57,814 nucleotides of DNA, taken from the NCBI GenBank assembly GCA_044221525.1, contig JBGAPB010000003.1:1-57814 (forward strand). The letters run 5' to 3'. Within the stretch, counting starts at the first letter, position 1. The number at the start of each line of letters is the position of its first letter. This DNA is from Blastocatellia bacterium (lineage in GTDB: Bacteria > Acidobacteriota > Blastocatellia > RBC074). Below, one piece after another: positions 1 through 8,783 of this stretch. The notes under the pieces are model-generated. The model saw only the letters and a program-made list of their open reading frames with translations. It did not search any database and was not told the DNA's origin. The position numbers and the translations under genes were made by a program.

Positions 1-1
1 C

Positions 2-859
2 GTCACGCCGGATTATTTCCGCGCGATGAGCATTCCGCTGATGCGTGGCCGCACGGTCAGCGAAAGCGATACGCTCGAAAACCCACGCGTCGCCATACTC
101 AGCGAAGCGATGGCCAAACGGCTTTTCGGCTACTCTGATCCAATCGGCAAACGCATCCATCCCAGCCGCCTGAACCCTGGGCAGATTGCCGAACCCGACC
201 GCTGGACGAATGTTTCTAACTGGACGGAAATTATAGGTGTGGCAGCAGACGTGAAGAGCTTGAACCTTGATCCACAGGTTGAAACAAATGTTTATGTGCC
301 TTACTGGCAATGGCCTATGCAATCTCCGACGCTGGCCGTGCGGACAATCGGCAACCCGGCCAATCTGACCGCAGCCATCACCGTCGAAGTCAAAGCCCTG
401 AACAAGGGACTGCCCGCGCCTAAAGTCCAAACAATGAAGGAACGTTTGGCCGATGTAGTCGCCGAACCTCGGTTTCAAACCTTGCTGCTGAGCCTGTTCG
501 GACTGGTCACAATCCTGCTGGTAAGCGCAGGTGTTTACGGAGTGGTGTCTTATTCCGTCGCTCAACGCACACATGAAATCGGCATTCGCATGGCTTTGGG
601 CGCGCCGCCGCAGGCCGTGCTGAAACTGATAATCGGCCATGGCATGAAGCTGGCGTTATGCGGAATTGCTGTGGGGCTGGCTGGGGCCTGGGCTTTAACG
701 CGCTTATTGAAAACGCTGCTGTTCGGTGTCAGTGTGACTGACCCATTATCGTTTGCGCTGGCGGCGTTGTTGCTGATAGGAGTGGTGTTGGTCGCCTGTT
801 ATCTGCCTGCGCGTCGAGCCGCGCAGGTTGTACCGCTTGAAGCCTTGCGGCACCAGTAA
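2..859 (+). CDS. ABC transporter permease (MacB/FtsX, acidobacterial duplicated orphan permease ADOP type), 5'-truncated by window edge
   Basis: Frame is open to the window start (VTPDYFRAMSIPLMRGR). FtsX signature SYSVAQRTHEIGIRMALGA, several TM helices and C-terminal ACYLPARRAAQVVPLEALR. Confidence 0.9.
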   Translation, partial: VTPDYFRAMSIPLMRGRTVSESDTLENPRVAILSEAMAKRLFGYSDPIGKRIHPSRLNPGQIAEPDRWTNVSNWTEIIGVAADVKSLNLDPQVETNVYVPYWQWPMQSPTLAVRTIGNPANLTAAITVEVKALNKGLPAPKVQTMKERLADVVAEPRFQTLLLSLFGLVTILLVSAGVYGVVSYSVAQRTHEIGIRMALGAPPQAVLKLIIGHGMKLALCGIAVGLAGAWALTRLLKTLLFGVSVTDPLSFALAALLLIGVVLVACYLPARRAAQVVPLEALRHQ

Positions 860-870
860 GCACAGAATCT

Positions 871-1938
871 ATGCCTGACTTCAAAAATTCACATCGCTTA
901 TTGCTTGAACTAACGGTGGTTCTGGCAGCGCTCATCGTTACCGGATGCCGGAACTCACAGGAGAGTCAATTGCCACAAACTGCATTGGCACGGGTCGAAA
1001 CCGTGCCTCGATCCGAAACCATAGTCTCGTCGCAATGGGTGAAAGCCTTGCTGGACTTTCAAACATCTAATGGCAAAACGGCTCGCCCGGCAAATTACTT
1101 CAACGATCGAGCAGTGATTTTGGAAGCAAGCTGGGCAAAGCCTGAAAAAGCCAAAGATTATCTGGCTGGTCATATTCCTTCGGCAATTCACCTGAACACA
1201 GACGACGTGGAAAACGGTTTTCCGCGATGGTTGCTAAAGCCGGTAAACGAACTTCATGAAGTCATCGGCAAACTTGGCATCACTCACGAAACAACTGTCG
1301 TCGTTTACAGCAAACAGACGATTGCAGCAGCTCGTTTGTGGTGGGTGCTGATGTATGCGGGAGTTTCGGACGTTCGTTTTCTGAACGGAGGCGTTGAAGC
1401 CTGGACGGCGGCTGGCTTTCCGGCTGAAACGGCCATTGGGACTCCGCAGCCAGTCACGTTTTCAGCCAAAGTGCGCGAAGAGTTTTTGGCTACGACCGAC
1501 TATGTTCGCGCTCATCTTGGCACAAACAATGTTCAACTGGCTGACGTTCGCAGCCGCGAAGAATTCCTCGGCCAGATCAGCGGTTATGATTACATCAACT
1601 TCAAAGGCCGTCTTCCCGGTTCGATCAACATAGGAAATGCCGATGATTCAGCCAGGCTTTACCAAAACCCGGACGGCACGCTTCGCAACTTCGGCGAAAT
1701 TCAAACTATGTGGAATCAGGCCGGAGTCGAAAAGAACGGCGAAGTGATTTTTTACTGCGGCAGTGGGTGGCGATCCAGTCTGGCGTTTCTGTATGCCTGG
1801 GCGATAGGCTTCAAACACATTCGCAACTATTCGGACGGATGGGCTGGTTGGAGCACAAATTACATCGCAGATGACAACGCCAAAGGCGGAACTCCAGGCT
1901 GGCGGCAGCAACGCTCACCGAACCCCATAATCGAGTGA
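871..1938 (+). CDS. Rhodanese-family sulfurtransferase lipoprotein (YnjE-like)
   Basis: Lipobox-like IVTG|C. Tandem rhodanese motifs YLAGHIPSA, AAARLWWVL, LNGG..W, DVRS.EEF.G, GRLPGS and NYSDGWAGWS. Active-site loop CGSGWRS resembles the CGTGWR loop of E. coli YnjE. Confidence 0.85.
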   Translation: MPDFKNSHRLLLELTVVLAALIVTGCRNSQESQLPQTALARVETVPRSETIVSSQWVKALLDFQTSNGKTARPANYFNDRAVILEASWAKPEKAKDYLAGHIPSAIHLNTDDVENGFPRWLLKPVNELHEVIGKLGITHETTVVVYSKQTIAAARLWWVLMYAGVSDVRFLNGGVEAWTAAGFPAETAIGTPQPVTFSAKVREEFLATTDYVRAHLGTNNVQLADVRSREEFLGQISGYDYINFKGRLPGSINIGNADDSARLYQNPDGTLRNFGEIQTMWNQAGVEKNGEVIFYCGSGWRSSLAFLYAWAIGFKHIRNYSDGWAGWSTNYIADDNAKGGTPGWRQQRSPNPIIE

Positions 1939-1961
1939 ACGTTAAAAAGCGGCAGCCAGAT

Positions 1962-3212
1962 TTATTTGCGAGTCCTGGATGATCGGGTTTGAGTTGATCG
2001 CGCCAAAGCGATTTCGCACAGCGGCTGATTTAGCTTCAACTCCACAGGAGGATCGTTCGGCTGGTTGCGGTTGTTGTCGGAATTGTCCACGTAAGCCGTC
2101 ACTTCGATTCGAGTGCCTCGCGGAAGCTGAACCGGCTGTTTGAAAAAGTAAGCCGGTTGCCAATCGAAATGGTAATCGCGGGCGACGATCAAAACCTCGA
2201 TTGTGCCGTCCGGGCGATAAGCCGTGGCTTCGACGGATTTGGCAAAAGGAAACAGCAGCGGACGAATAGAAATCGCTTCGGCAGTTTGAGGCACGATCAT
2301 CGAAGCTTTGACGACGTGGTTTTCAGCGCCAGCCGGAACAACGGTTAATTCCGGCGCAATCGTTACATTCCCGATAGATTTGCTTGCCGGAGTTTTGGCA
2401 AAGTAAAGCGCAACCCGGCTGCGGTCGGTCACGGCTTCGCCTGTGCTGTGGTAACGAACCTGCAAAATAATTTGCTCCCCGGGTTTTAACTGTCGGCCAG
2501 TTCCTTCCGGCAACCGAGTCGCCATTTGACCCGGAACCCACACGCCAAGAGTTTCTCCGGCTCTGCCGCAAGCAGACATTTTGACGTTTGGCGAAATCGG
2601 CTTGTTGCTGAACAAATGGAAAGATGCACTTTGAACAACCTCTCCGTTGCCTGGTTGAAAATCAATCGCTGACAGAACGCTGGACTCTTTCAGGTTGGTC
2701 GGCAAAACGACGCAACGAGTTTCGTCATCGCCTTCGGCATCCAGCTTCACTTCTTCGGATTGCAAAACCAAATCCGGCTCGCCCAACGACCAGCCACCAC
2801 CGTTAATCAAGTGTTCAATTTCATGTTGAGGGTAATCTTTGGCTTCTCCACGCGGAGCGCCGCCTTCAATCCACGAAATCAGCAATTCGACATTTCGCTG
2901 AGTCAAAACATAATCGTGCTGGAATCGCCCATAACCTTTGACGGCCTGGAAAGGCATCATGCGTTTTTCCAGGACTTCTTCCTTGATGGCCTTGGCCCAG
3001 GGGCGGGCTTCTTCATAAGTCGTCAGTGGAATATCGGCTTTGATCTTGTTCGGAGCGTGACAGCCCAGGCAATTGCGTTCAAGAATTCGAATGACTTCCT
3101 TGTTGAACATCACCTTTGTCGTGATTGGTTCGTGGGTGCTGCCCGTGCGAGTTGAAAGAAAGAAGGCGGTGAAAACTAAAAAAGCGATTACTGAAAGGCG
3201 ACGATTGGACAT
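1962..3212 (-). CDS. Secreted cytochrome c + PHM-fold protein, degenerate paralog lacking copper ligands
   Basis: Probable start is ATG at 3212 (GGAGG at 3226-3230) rather than 3284. Signal peptide, CLGCH heme motif, shared family motifs (RPWAKAIKE, WIEGGAP, YHFDWQPAY, DNSDNN). The HH, QxHY, HMH and EM positions read QS, QVRY, LLF and PL. Confidence 0.75.
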   Translation of the reverse strand: MSNRRLSVIAFLVFTAFFLSTRTGSTHEPITTKVMFNKEVIRILERNCLGCHAPNKIKADIPLTTYEEARPWAKAIKEEVLEKRMMPFQAVKGYGRFQHDYVLTQRNVELLISWIEGGAPRGEAKDYPQHEIEHLINGGGWSLGEPDLVLQSEEVKLDAEGDDETRCVVLPTNLKESSVLSAIDFQPGNGEVVQSASFHLFSNKPISPNVKMSACGRAGETLGVWVPGQMATRLPEGTGRQLKPGEQIILQVRYHSTGEAVTDRSRVALYFAKTPASKSIGNVTIAPELTVVPAGAENHVVKASMIVPQTAEAISIRPLLFPFAKSVEATAYRPDGTIEVLIVARDYHFDWQPAYFFKQPVQLPRGTRIEVTAYVDNSDNNRNQPNDPPVELKLNQPLCEIALARSTQTRSSRTRK

Positions 3213-3361
3213 AGCGATTATCAAACCTCCTATCTTAAAACAGTCCGAACATTGAAGTAACAACCGGCAAAACCAAACCGGCAACGACCAGAACTACAAG
3301 AATCCAGATGACGGTTTTAACGAACTTTTGATTTCTCATTGATTGGCTCTCCACCAATAGA

Positions 3362-3399
3362 ATAGGCCACAGATCAACGCGCGTGCAATCTGTGGCCTA
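3362..3399 (-). terminator. Stem-loop between the fourth and fifth array genes (terminator or mRNA-stabilising hairpin)
   Basis: Inverted repeat taggccacagat...atctgtggccta about 30 nt downstream of the 3431 stop. The U-tract is weak. Confidence 0.5.
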
Positions 3400-3430
3400 C
3401 AGGTTCGGAGCTTCAGCCCTTCAGGCTGCC

Positions 3431-4699
3431 TTATTGTTGACCGCTGGTAATCGCAGCAGGCTTTTCGACCGGTTTGGCCGGATTCGAATTGTCACTGTAA
3501 TAGCTCAACCAGCCAATCATCATTTCCTCCCAGGTTTGATCGCCCCACTTCACGTCTTTGGTCGGATCAGGGTTGTACTTGTTGGCTTTTGAGTTGTCGT
3601 AATGCGCCGTGCATTCGATCTTGGTTCCTTTCGGAATGGCGACAGGTTCTTTCGGCACGTAATAAGTCTGCCAGTTGAAATCGTACTTCGGCACGTTCAA
3701 CAGAATTTTTGAAGTCCCGTCGGGGAAGTGCGCTTTGACTTCAAAATCTTTGCCGCGCAAATGCATGTGCGGCATAAAGCTGGTGATGTGCGTGTCTTCG
3801 GCAAAAGTGTAAAACGATTTCACTTCGTGGTTGTCGGCTCCGGCTGGAATCTTGAAACCGGTGTTGAGCACTGGGCGCGTCAAGACTTGATGCTTTGGAG
3901 CTTCTTTTGCGTACTTCAAACCGATGGTTGTCACGTCGGTCATTGCTTTGCCGCTGGGCGTGTAATGCAACTGGAAGTAGAGAGTTGCGCCAGCAGGAAC
4001 TTTTTTGGCGAAGCCTTCCGGGAACTTGGCAGGTTGTTCGCCCGGAGCGAAGCCAGCCAGCAAGTTGCCATCTGTGCGCGTCGGATTCTTTGGGTCCTGA
4101 ATGAAGACGATGACGTGGTGCATCGCTTCGCGACCAGTCGAGCGAATCTCAGCCGCCGTTACCCAACGATCTTCCGTGAAGTTGGTAGGAACTTTGACAT
4201 ATTGGTAAGCGACGACCCCTGTTGCCGGGATTTTCTGTTCAGGAATTGAAAAGGTCTCGTCAGGTTTTCCAATGTTCCAACCGGCGACGAATTTCGGAGC
4301 GGGAGGCAAATCCTTGGCATTGCCTTCGACGGCTCCACCGTCAACCCAAGCGACAATCTTGTCAATTTCGGCTTGCGGCAACCGGCGGTCGTTGATCCAT
4401 TCGCCGTGATTTGGGTCTGCATGCCAGGGCGGCATGGCTTTGCCTGCCACTTGTTCTTTTATGGATTTCGCCCAGGGACGAACTTCCTTGAAGCTCATCA
4501 CTGAAAACGGCGCGATTTCGCCAGCGCGATGACATTCGGCGCAGCTTTTGAAAAAGATCGGCGCGATGTCTTTGCTGAAGGTGACTTCCTTGGCGGCTGA
4601 CTTGTTTTTGGTTTCGTTGGCGCTGATGGTTGGCTGCATGATTAACCCAACTGCCGCCAGCGCGAACAAGATTGCAAAGAGATTCAATGCCCGTTTCAT
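3431..4699 (-). CDS. Secreted cytochrome c-fused copper type II (PHM/DBH-like) monooxygenase, short form
   Basis: Signal peptide; CAECH; MHH (CuH); FQLHY (third CuH His); MPHMH and WEEMMIG (CuM His-x-His plus Met); YDFNWQTYY. Confidence 0.8.
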   Translation of the reverse strand: MKRALNLFAILFALAAVGLIMQPTISANETKNKSAAKEVTFSKDIAPIFFKSCAECHRAGEIAPFSVMSFKEVRPWAKSIKEQVAGKAMPPWHADPNHGEWINDRRLPQAEIDKIVAWVDGGAVEGNAKDLPPAPKFVAGWNIGKPDETFSIPEQKIPATGVVAYQYVKVPTNFTEDRWVTAAEIRSTGREAMHHVIVFIQDPKNPTRTDGNLLAGFAPGEQPAKFPEGFAKKVPAGATLYFQLHYTPSGKAMTDVTTIGLKYAKEAPKHQVLTRPVLNTGFKIPAGADNHEVKSFYTFAEDTHITSFMPHMHLRGKDFEVKAHFPDGTSKILLNVPKYDFNWQTYYVPKEPVAIPKGTKIECTAHYDNSKANKYNPDPTKDVKWGDQTWEEMMIGWLSYYSDNSNPAKPVEKPAAITSGQQ

Positions 4700-4727
4700 A
4701 ATTATTTCTCCAGATTGGATGTGTTGC

Positions 4728-5060
4728 CTAGCTCAATTCCAGGCAACCAAGTAAGTTGTCAACACTAAATTCAGCTATCAACTTGTAGTTAGTTTCAAGA
4801 ATCCGCTGGATATTGCCAGTTGCCGTATTGCCGCAACGCAGCCAAATGATCTTTGGCGGAAAACCATAAACCTGCGATAGCCACTCAAAATCGGCGTCTT
4901 GCGTCACGACGATAAAATTGTTTTCTTTTGCGTACTGCCAAATGATTTTGTCATCCCGTTGTGCCATTCCCAACAAGCGAACGTGAGTTGAACCCGGAAA
5001 CAGGTCCGCAAGTTGTTTAACAAGTCTGAATGAAAGATTCTGGTCGAACAACAACTTCAT
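4728..5060 (-). CDS. DUF5615 / PIN-like toxin (VapC45-like)
   Basis: Probable start MKLLFDQNLS at 5060. Motifs D..IW.YA, VVTQDADF and GFPPKIIWLRCGN are typical of this PIN-like family. Lies directly downstream of a DUF433 gene. Confidence 0.85.
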   Translation of the reverse strand: MKLLFDQNLSFRLVKQLADLFPGSTHVRLLGMAQRDDKIIWQYAKENNFIVVTQDADFEWLSQVYGFPPKIIWLRCGNTATGNIQRILETNYKLIAEFSVDNLLGCLELS

Positions 5061-5070
5061 TCTTCTTGCC

Positions 5071-5298
5071 TCACGCATGAGCGTATGCAGTTTGCCGCTC
5101 TCGCTGAGCGGCAAACTGCAGGCTGGCCAGAATATCTTCTTCAGTCAATTCAGGAAAGTCATCAAGAATCTCTTGATGACTCATGCCTGAAGCCAGCCAC
5201 CCAAGCACATCGGCAACCGCGATTCGCATTCCTCGAATGCATGGCTTTCCGCCACGCTTACCGGGTTCGATTGTGATGATTTCTTTTAGGTCAATCAT
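5071..5298 (-). CDS. DUF433 family antitoxin
   Basis: ITIEPGKRGGKPCIRGMRIAVADVLGWLASGMSHQEILDDFPELTEEDILASLQFAA matches the DUF433 pattern. Start is ATG 5298 or TTG 5310. Confidence 0.9.
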   Translation of the reverse strand: MIDLKEIITIEPGKRGGKPCIRGMRIAVADVLGWLASGMSHQEILDDFPELTEEDILASLQFAAQRERQTAYAHA

Positions 5299-5306
5299 AA
5301 TTTTGC

Positions 5307-6968
5307 TCAATTGTCGCTGCTTGCGGCAGGTTCAGCTTTCTTCTTTGCTTTAATCGTGCGATTGCCCAATTCGATGGCGGCTTCAATGATCTCGCCTTTT
5401 TCGTTTCTGGTAAAGGTCACGTAGTTCTGAATCTCGCGGATGAAGAATTTATTTTCAGCTTCGGGCAGCATTTCGATTCGGGGCTGTCCGGCAATTTCCG
5501 CAAAAAGTTGATTGCCGACTTGAACCACGCTCATCTTCATCAGTCCGGCGTCATATTTGCCAACGAAGGCTGCCAGAGCTTTGGCGTCCATTCCCGGAAC
5601 GGCTTTGCGTTCGGGGATGAAGTCAATGTAACCGATCAGCATTTCGTCATAAGTCGGATCGCCCCAGCGAACATCTTTGGTCGGATCGGGGTTGTATTTG
5701 TTTTTCGCCGAATTGTCGAAAGTCGCGGTGACCTGAATCTTGGTGCCTTTGGGTAGCAGTTTCGGCTGTTTGAAAGCGTAGTTGGTCTGCCAGCCAAAAT
5801 CGTAATTCGGCACGTTCAACAGGATTTCAGTTTTGCCGTCGGGATAAGTCGCCCGGTATTCCATTGCCGCGCCTCTGTAATGCATGTGCGGCATCAAACC
5901 GTAAACCGTAATGTCTTCTTTCGGTTGCCAGCAAGCGGTGGCTTTGTGCGCAGCGGCTCCGGCAGGAATTTTGAAGAAGATGTTTTCGATGCCGCGCTTG
6001 ATCATCCTCTTTTTAGGCGGCTCTTTTGAAAAAATCAGGCCGATGGTCGAGCGGTCTTTCTGAACCGAACCGGCGACTTTGGAGTAATGAATTTGGAGGA
6101 TCAGCGTTGAACCGGCGGGGATTTTTTTGGCCACACCGGGATCAAAAACTTCGGGCGGCATGCCAGGAGCATAACCTGCAATCACGTCTCCGGCGTCGTC
6201 TTCGCCAAATTTACCGTTGCATCCGTCATCGTTGACCTTGGCGTCCATCTTGACGCGACGCAGATAACCTTCGCGGAAGAAAACGGAATTCGGCCCGTCG
6301 TCTTCGTCAAACATTTTCTGCAATTCTTCAGGGCTGAGTTTGGCGTAATCCTTTCCACCAGGAGGCGCAACGAAAGCCAGAATATGGTGCACTACGCGGC
6401 GATTGCCTGGACGCGCCTCTGCCATTTGCACGTACTTGTCTTCGGTGAAACCAGTTGGTATGGCGAAGTACTGATATTCATCCGGCCCACTGGCCGCCAA
6501 AGTGAACTCTTCGCGCATTTCCAGAACCGCGTCGGGTTTGCCAATGCGCCAGCCTTCGACAAACTTCGGAGCCGCAGGCAAATCTTTGGGATTCCCCTCG
6601 GCAGCTCCACCGTCCACCCAGGAAGCTATAGTTTCAATTTCGGCTTCAGTCAGTCGGCGGTCGTTTTTGAATTCTCCGACATGCGGATCGGCATGCCAGG
6701 GAGGCATTTCCTTGCTGATAACCTTTTCCTTGATGGACTTGGCCCAAGGGCGAACTTCTTTGAAACTCAAAACCGAAAACGGAGCGGTTTCGCCTGCGCG
6801 ATGACATTCAGCGCAGGATTTGAAAAAGATCGGCGCAACATCTTTGGTAAAGGTGACGTTTCTGGCCGAAGTTTTTTTGGTTCCATCGGCTTGAATTGTT
6901 TGGGTTGTAAAGATCGCCAGCGCACTAAAAAGCACGCATATCGAAACAAATAAAATTGTCTTCCTCAT
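5307..6968 (-). CDS. Secreted cytochrome c-fused copper type II monooxygenase with C-terminal DUF3471-like domain
   Basis: Signal peptide; CAECH; VVHH; LQIHY; MPHMH; YDEMLIG. Tail LAAFVGKY...GNQLFAEIAGQPRIEMLPEAENKFF...VTFTRNEKGEI. Confidence 0.8.
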   Translation of the reverse strand: MRKTILFVSICVLFSALAIFTTQTIQADGTKKTSARNVTFTKDVAPIFFKSCAECHRAGETAPFSVLSFKEVRPWAKSIKEKVISKEMPPWHADPHVGEFKNDRRLTEAEIETIASWVDGGAAEGNPKDLPAAPKFVEGWRIGKPDAVLEMREEFTLAASGPDEYQYFAIPTGFTEDKYVQMAEARPGNRRVVHHILAFVAPPGGKDYAKLSPEELQKMFDEDDGPNSVFFREGYLRRVKMDAKVNDDGCNGKFGEDDAGDVIAGYAPGMPPEVFDPGVAKKIPAGSTLILQIHYSKVAGSVQKDRSTIGLIFSKEPPKKRMIKRGIENIFFKIPAGAAAHKATACWQPKEDITVYGLMPHMHYRGAAMEYRATYPDGKTEILLNVPNYDFGWQTNYAFKQPKLLPKGTKIQVTATFDNSAKNKYNPDPTKDVRWGDPTYDEMLIGYIDFIPERKAVPGMDAKALAAFVGKYDAGLMKMSVVQVGNQLFAEIAGQPRIEMLPEAENKFFIREIQNYVTFTRNEKGEIIEAAIELGNRTIKAKKKAEPAASSDN

Positions 6969-6989
6969 AGCTTCTCCCTCTATTCGTTG

Positions 6990-8678
6990 TTATTTGTTTT
7001 CGCCGCCAACGGCAGGCTTGTTGACCTTCTTGGCTTTGATCTTTTGCTGACCGAAACTGGCCTGCAACTCTATCACTTCGCCTTGTTCATTTTTGGTGAA
7101 GATGACTTCAGCGCCTTCGGCCTCCTTAAAGTAAAACGTCGTTTCGGACTGAGGAGTTGCAGGAAGAGCCGGATTATTGGGGAGAATAAAAAACAAGGTG
7201 TTGCCTTCGCGGGTGATGCTGATTTTCGGCCCCAGGCTGGCGGCGTATTCGCCTACGTAACTATCCAGCATTTGCGACGACAGTTTGGCTACAGCGCGTT
7301 CGACAGGTTTTGGACGGGCGTAATCCACAAAACCAACCAGCATTTCGTCGTAAGTCGGTTCGCCGAATCGAATGGTTTTGGTCGGATCAGGATTGAGTTT
7401 GTTTTTTGCCGAGTTGTCGAAAACCGCCGTCACAACCATCTTCGCGCCTTTCGGCAGGGCGACGGGCTGTTTCAAGTTGTAGAGCGTCTGCCAGTTGAAA
7501 TTGTAGTGCTCAACATTGAGCAGCGTTTCGCGTTTGCCATCGGGAAAAACAGCTTCGTATTTCATGGCTTTGCCGCGCACGTGCATATGCGGCATGTAAC
7601 CGACCAACTCCACATCACGGCGCAAAGTGAAGCAGGCATTGGCTGTATGGTTTTCGGCTCCGGCTGGTATGGCGAACAGGTCGTTGACGATCAGCAGAGT
7701 CTCAATTTGTTTTTCGACCGGCTGTTTGGCAAAGATAATCGCCATGCTGGTGCGATCTTTTTCGACCTTGCCGGTGGTCTTGGCGTAATGCATCTGGAAA
7801 ATCAGGTTTGATCCGGCTGGAATCTTTTTCGCCGTGCCGAGTGGATAAATATCCGCATTGCGACCTGGCGCATAAGTCGAAAGCAGCATTGAACTCCCTC
7901 CGCCGCCGCCTGAATTGCGACCGCCTTCGCAGCCGTCATTGATAACTGGAGCTTCAGGTTTGGTGCGATGCACGGTTCCGTCGGTAAACATCCATCGCCC
8001 GCGTTGGCTTTGAATAACGGAAATCGGATTGTGAACATCGCCGCCGTCTTTCTTCGCCTGATCCTGAGCCATCTTGAACATCATTGGCGTTTCGACAAAA
8101 GCCACTGCGTGATGCACAACTCGTTTGTTGCCTGGGCGAAATTCCGAAGCCTGAACCCATTTGTCTTCCGTGAAGCCTGTCGGCACGCGAAAGTAGATGT
8201 AATCATCAGCGCCTTTTTCTGCCAGAGTGAATTCCTGCGGCATTGGCAAAACTATGTCGGGCGTGCCTATTTCCCAAGTCGTTGCGGGATTGGGCACATT
8301 CGGCAAATCCTTCGGATTCCCTTCTTTGGCTCCGCCATCAACCCAGGCTGAGATGGCGTCAATTTCAACTTGAGTCAGTCGCATCTCATTTGAGAATTGT
8401 CCGAAGTGCGCGTCGGCATGCCAGGGAGGCATTTCGCGCGTCACGACTTTTTCCTTGATGGATTTCGCCCACGGACGCACGTCCTTGTAGCTCAAGACGG
8501 AAAACGGCGCGATGTCGTCAGGCTTGTGGCATTGGGCGCAGTTTTTGAACAGGATCGGCGCAATGTCTTTGGTAAAGGTGACGGTTTTAGGTGTCGTGCT
8601 GGCGTCGGTTGACCGCAGTGCAACCATTACGGCTGCGAAACAAATGGCAGCGATGAGTAAGAAGCGTGATCTGTTCAT
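6990..8678 (-). CDS. Secreted cytochrome c-fused copper type II monooxygenase with C-terminal DUF3471-like domain
   Basis: Probable start MNRSRFLL at 8678 (AAGGA upstream). CAQCH; VVHH; FQMHY; MPHMH; YDEMLVG; tail LDSYVGEY...ITREGNTLF...PQSETTFY. Confidence 0.8.
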   Translation of the reverse strand: MNRSRFLLIAAICFAAVMVALRSTDASTTPKTVTFTKDIAPILFKNCAQCHKPDDIAPFSVLSYKDVRPWAKSIKEKVVTREMPPWHADAHFGQFSNEMRLTQVEIDAISAWVDGGAKEGNPKDLPNVPNPATTWEIGTPDIVLPMPQEFTLAEKGADDYIYFRVPTGFTEDKWVQASEFRPGNKRVVHHAVAFVETPMMFKMAQDQAKKDGGDVHNPISVIQSQRGRWMFTDGTVHRTKPEAPVINDGCEGGRNSGGGGGSSMLLSTYAPGRNADIYPLGTAKKIPAGSNLIFQMHYAKTTGKVEKDRTSMAIIFAKQPVEKQIETLLIVNDLFAIPAGAENHTANACFTLRRDVELVGYMPHMHVRGKAMKYEAVFPDGKRETLLNVEHYNFNWQTLYNLKQPVALPKGAKMVVTAVFDNSAKNKLNPDPTKTIRFGEPTYDEMLVGFVDYARPKPVERAVAKLSSQMLDSYVGEYAASLGPKISITREGNTLFFILPNNPALPATPQSETTFYFKEAEGAEVIFTKNEQGEVIELQASFGQQKIKAKKVNKPAVGGENK

Positions 8679-8720
8679 TGCCTTTTCCTTGTTCAAAGAA
8701 TTCAGTTGGTAGCCCCAAAA

Positions 8721-8777
8721 GCAGAAAGCGGATTGGGAATCCAAAAACACCCCAATCCGCAATCCGCAATCTGCAAT
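8721..8777 (-). terminator. Hairpin plus heptamer (CAATCCG) tandem repeat between first and second array genes; possible internal terminator/attenuator
   Basis: 10-bp inverted repeat gcggattggg (8728-8737) / cccaatccgc (8751-8760), followed on the minus strand by tttctgctttt. Repeat caatccg-caatccg-caatctg at 8753-8773. Confidence 0.5.
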
Positions 8778-8783
8778 TGAAAG

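Noticed and set aside
3213-3284. Longer ORF-track N-termini (also 5114, 8762, 28163, 31218, 51913, 52734, 53929)
   Set aside because: Downstream ATGs fit RBS position, signal peptides, family N-termini (e.g. AsnB Cys2) and avoid large overlaps.
6987-7811. 274-aa plus-strand ORF and similar ORFs opposite the other array genes (3728-4249, 6384-6953, 9858-10457)
   Set aside because: Antisense to well-supported genes; their mutual similarity simply mirrors the paralogy on the minus strand.
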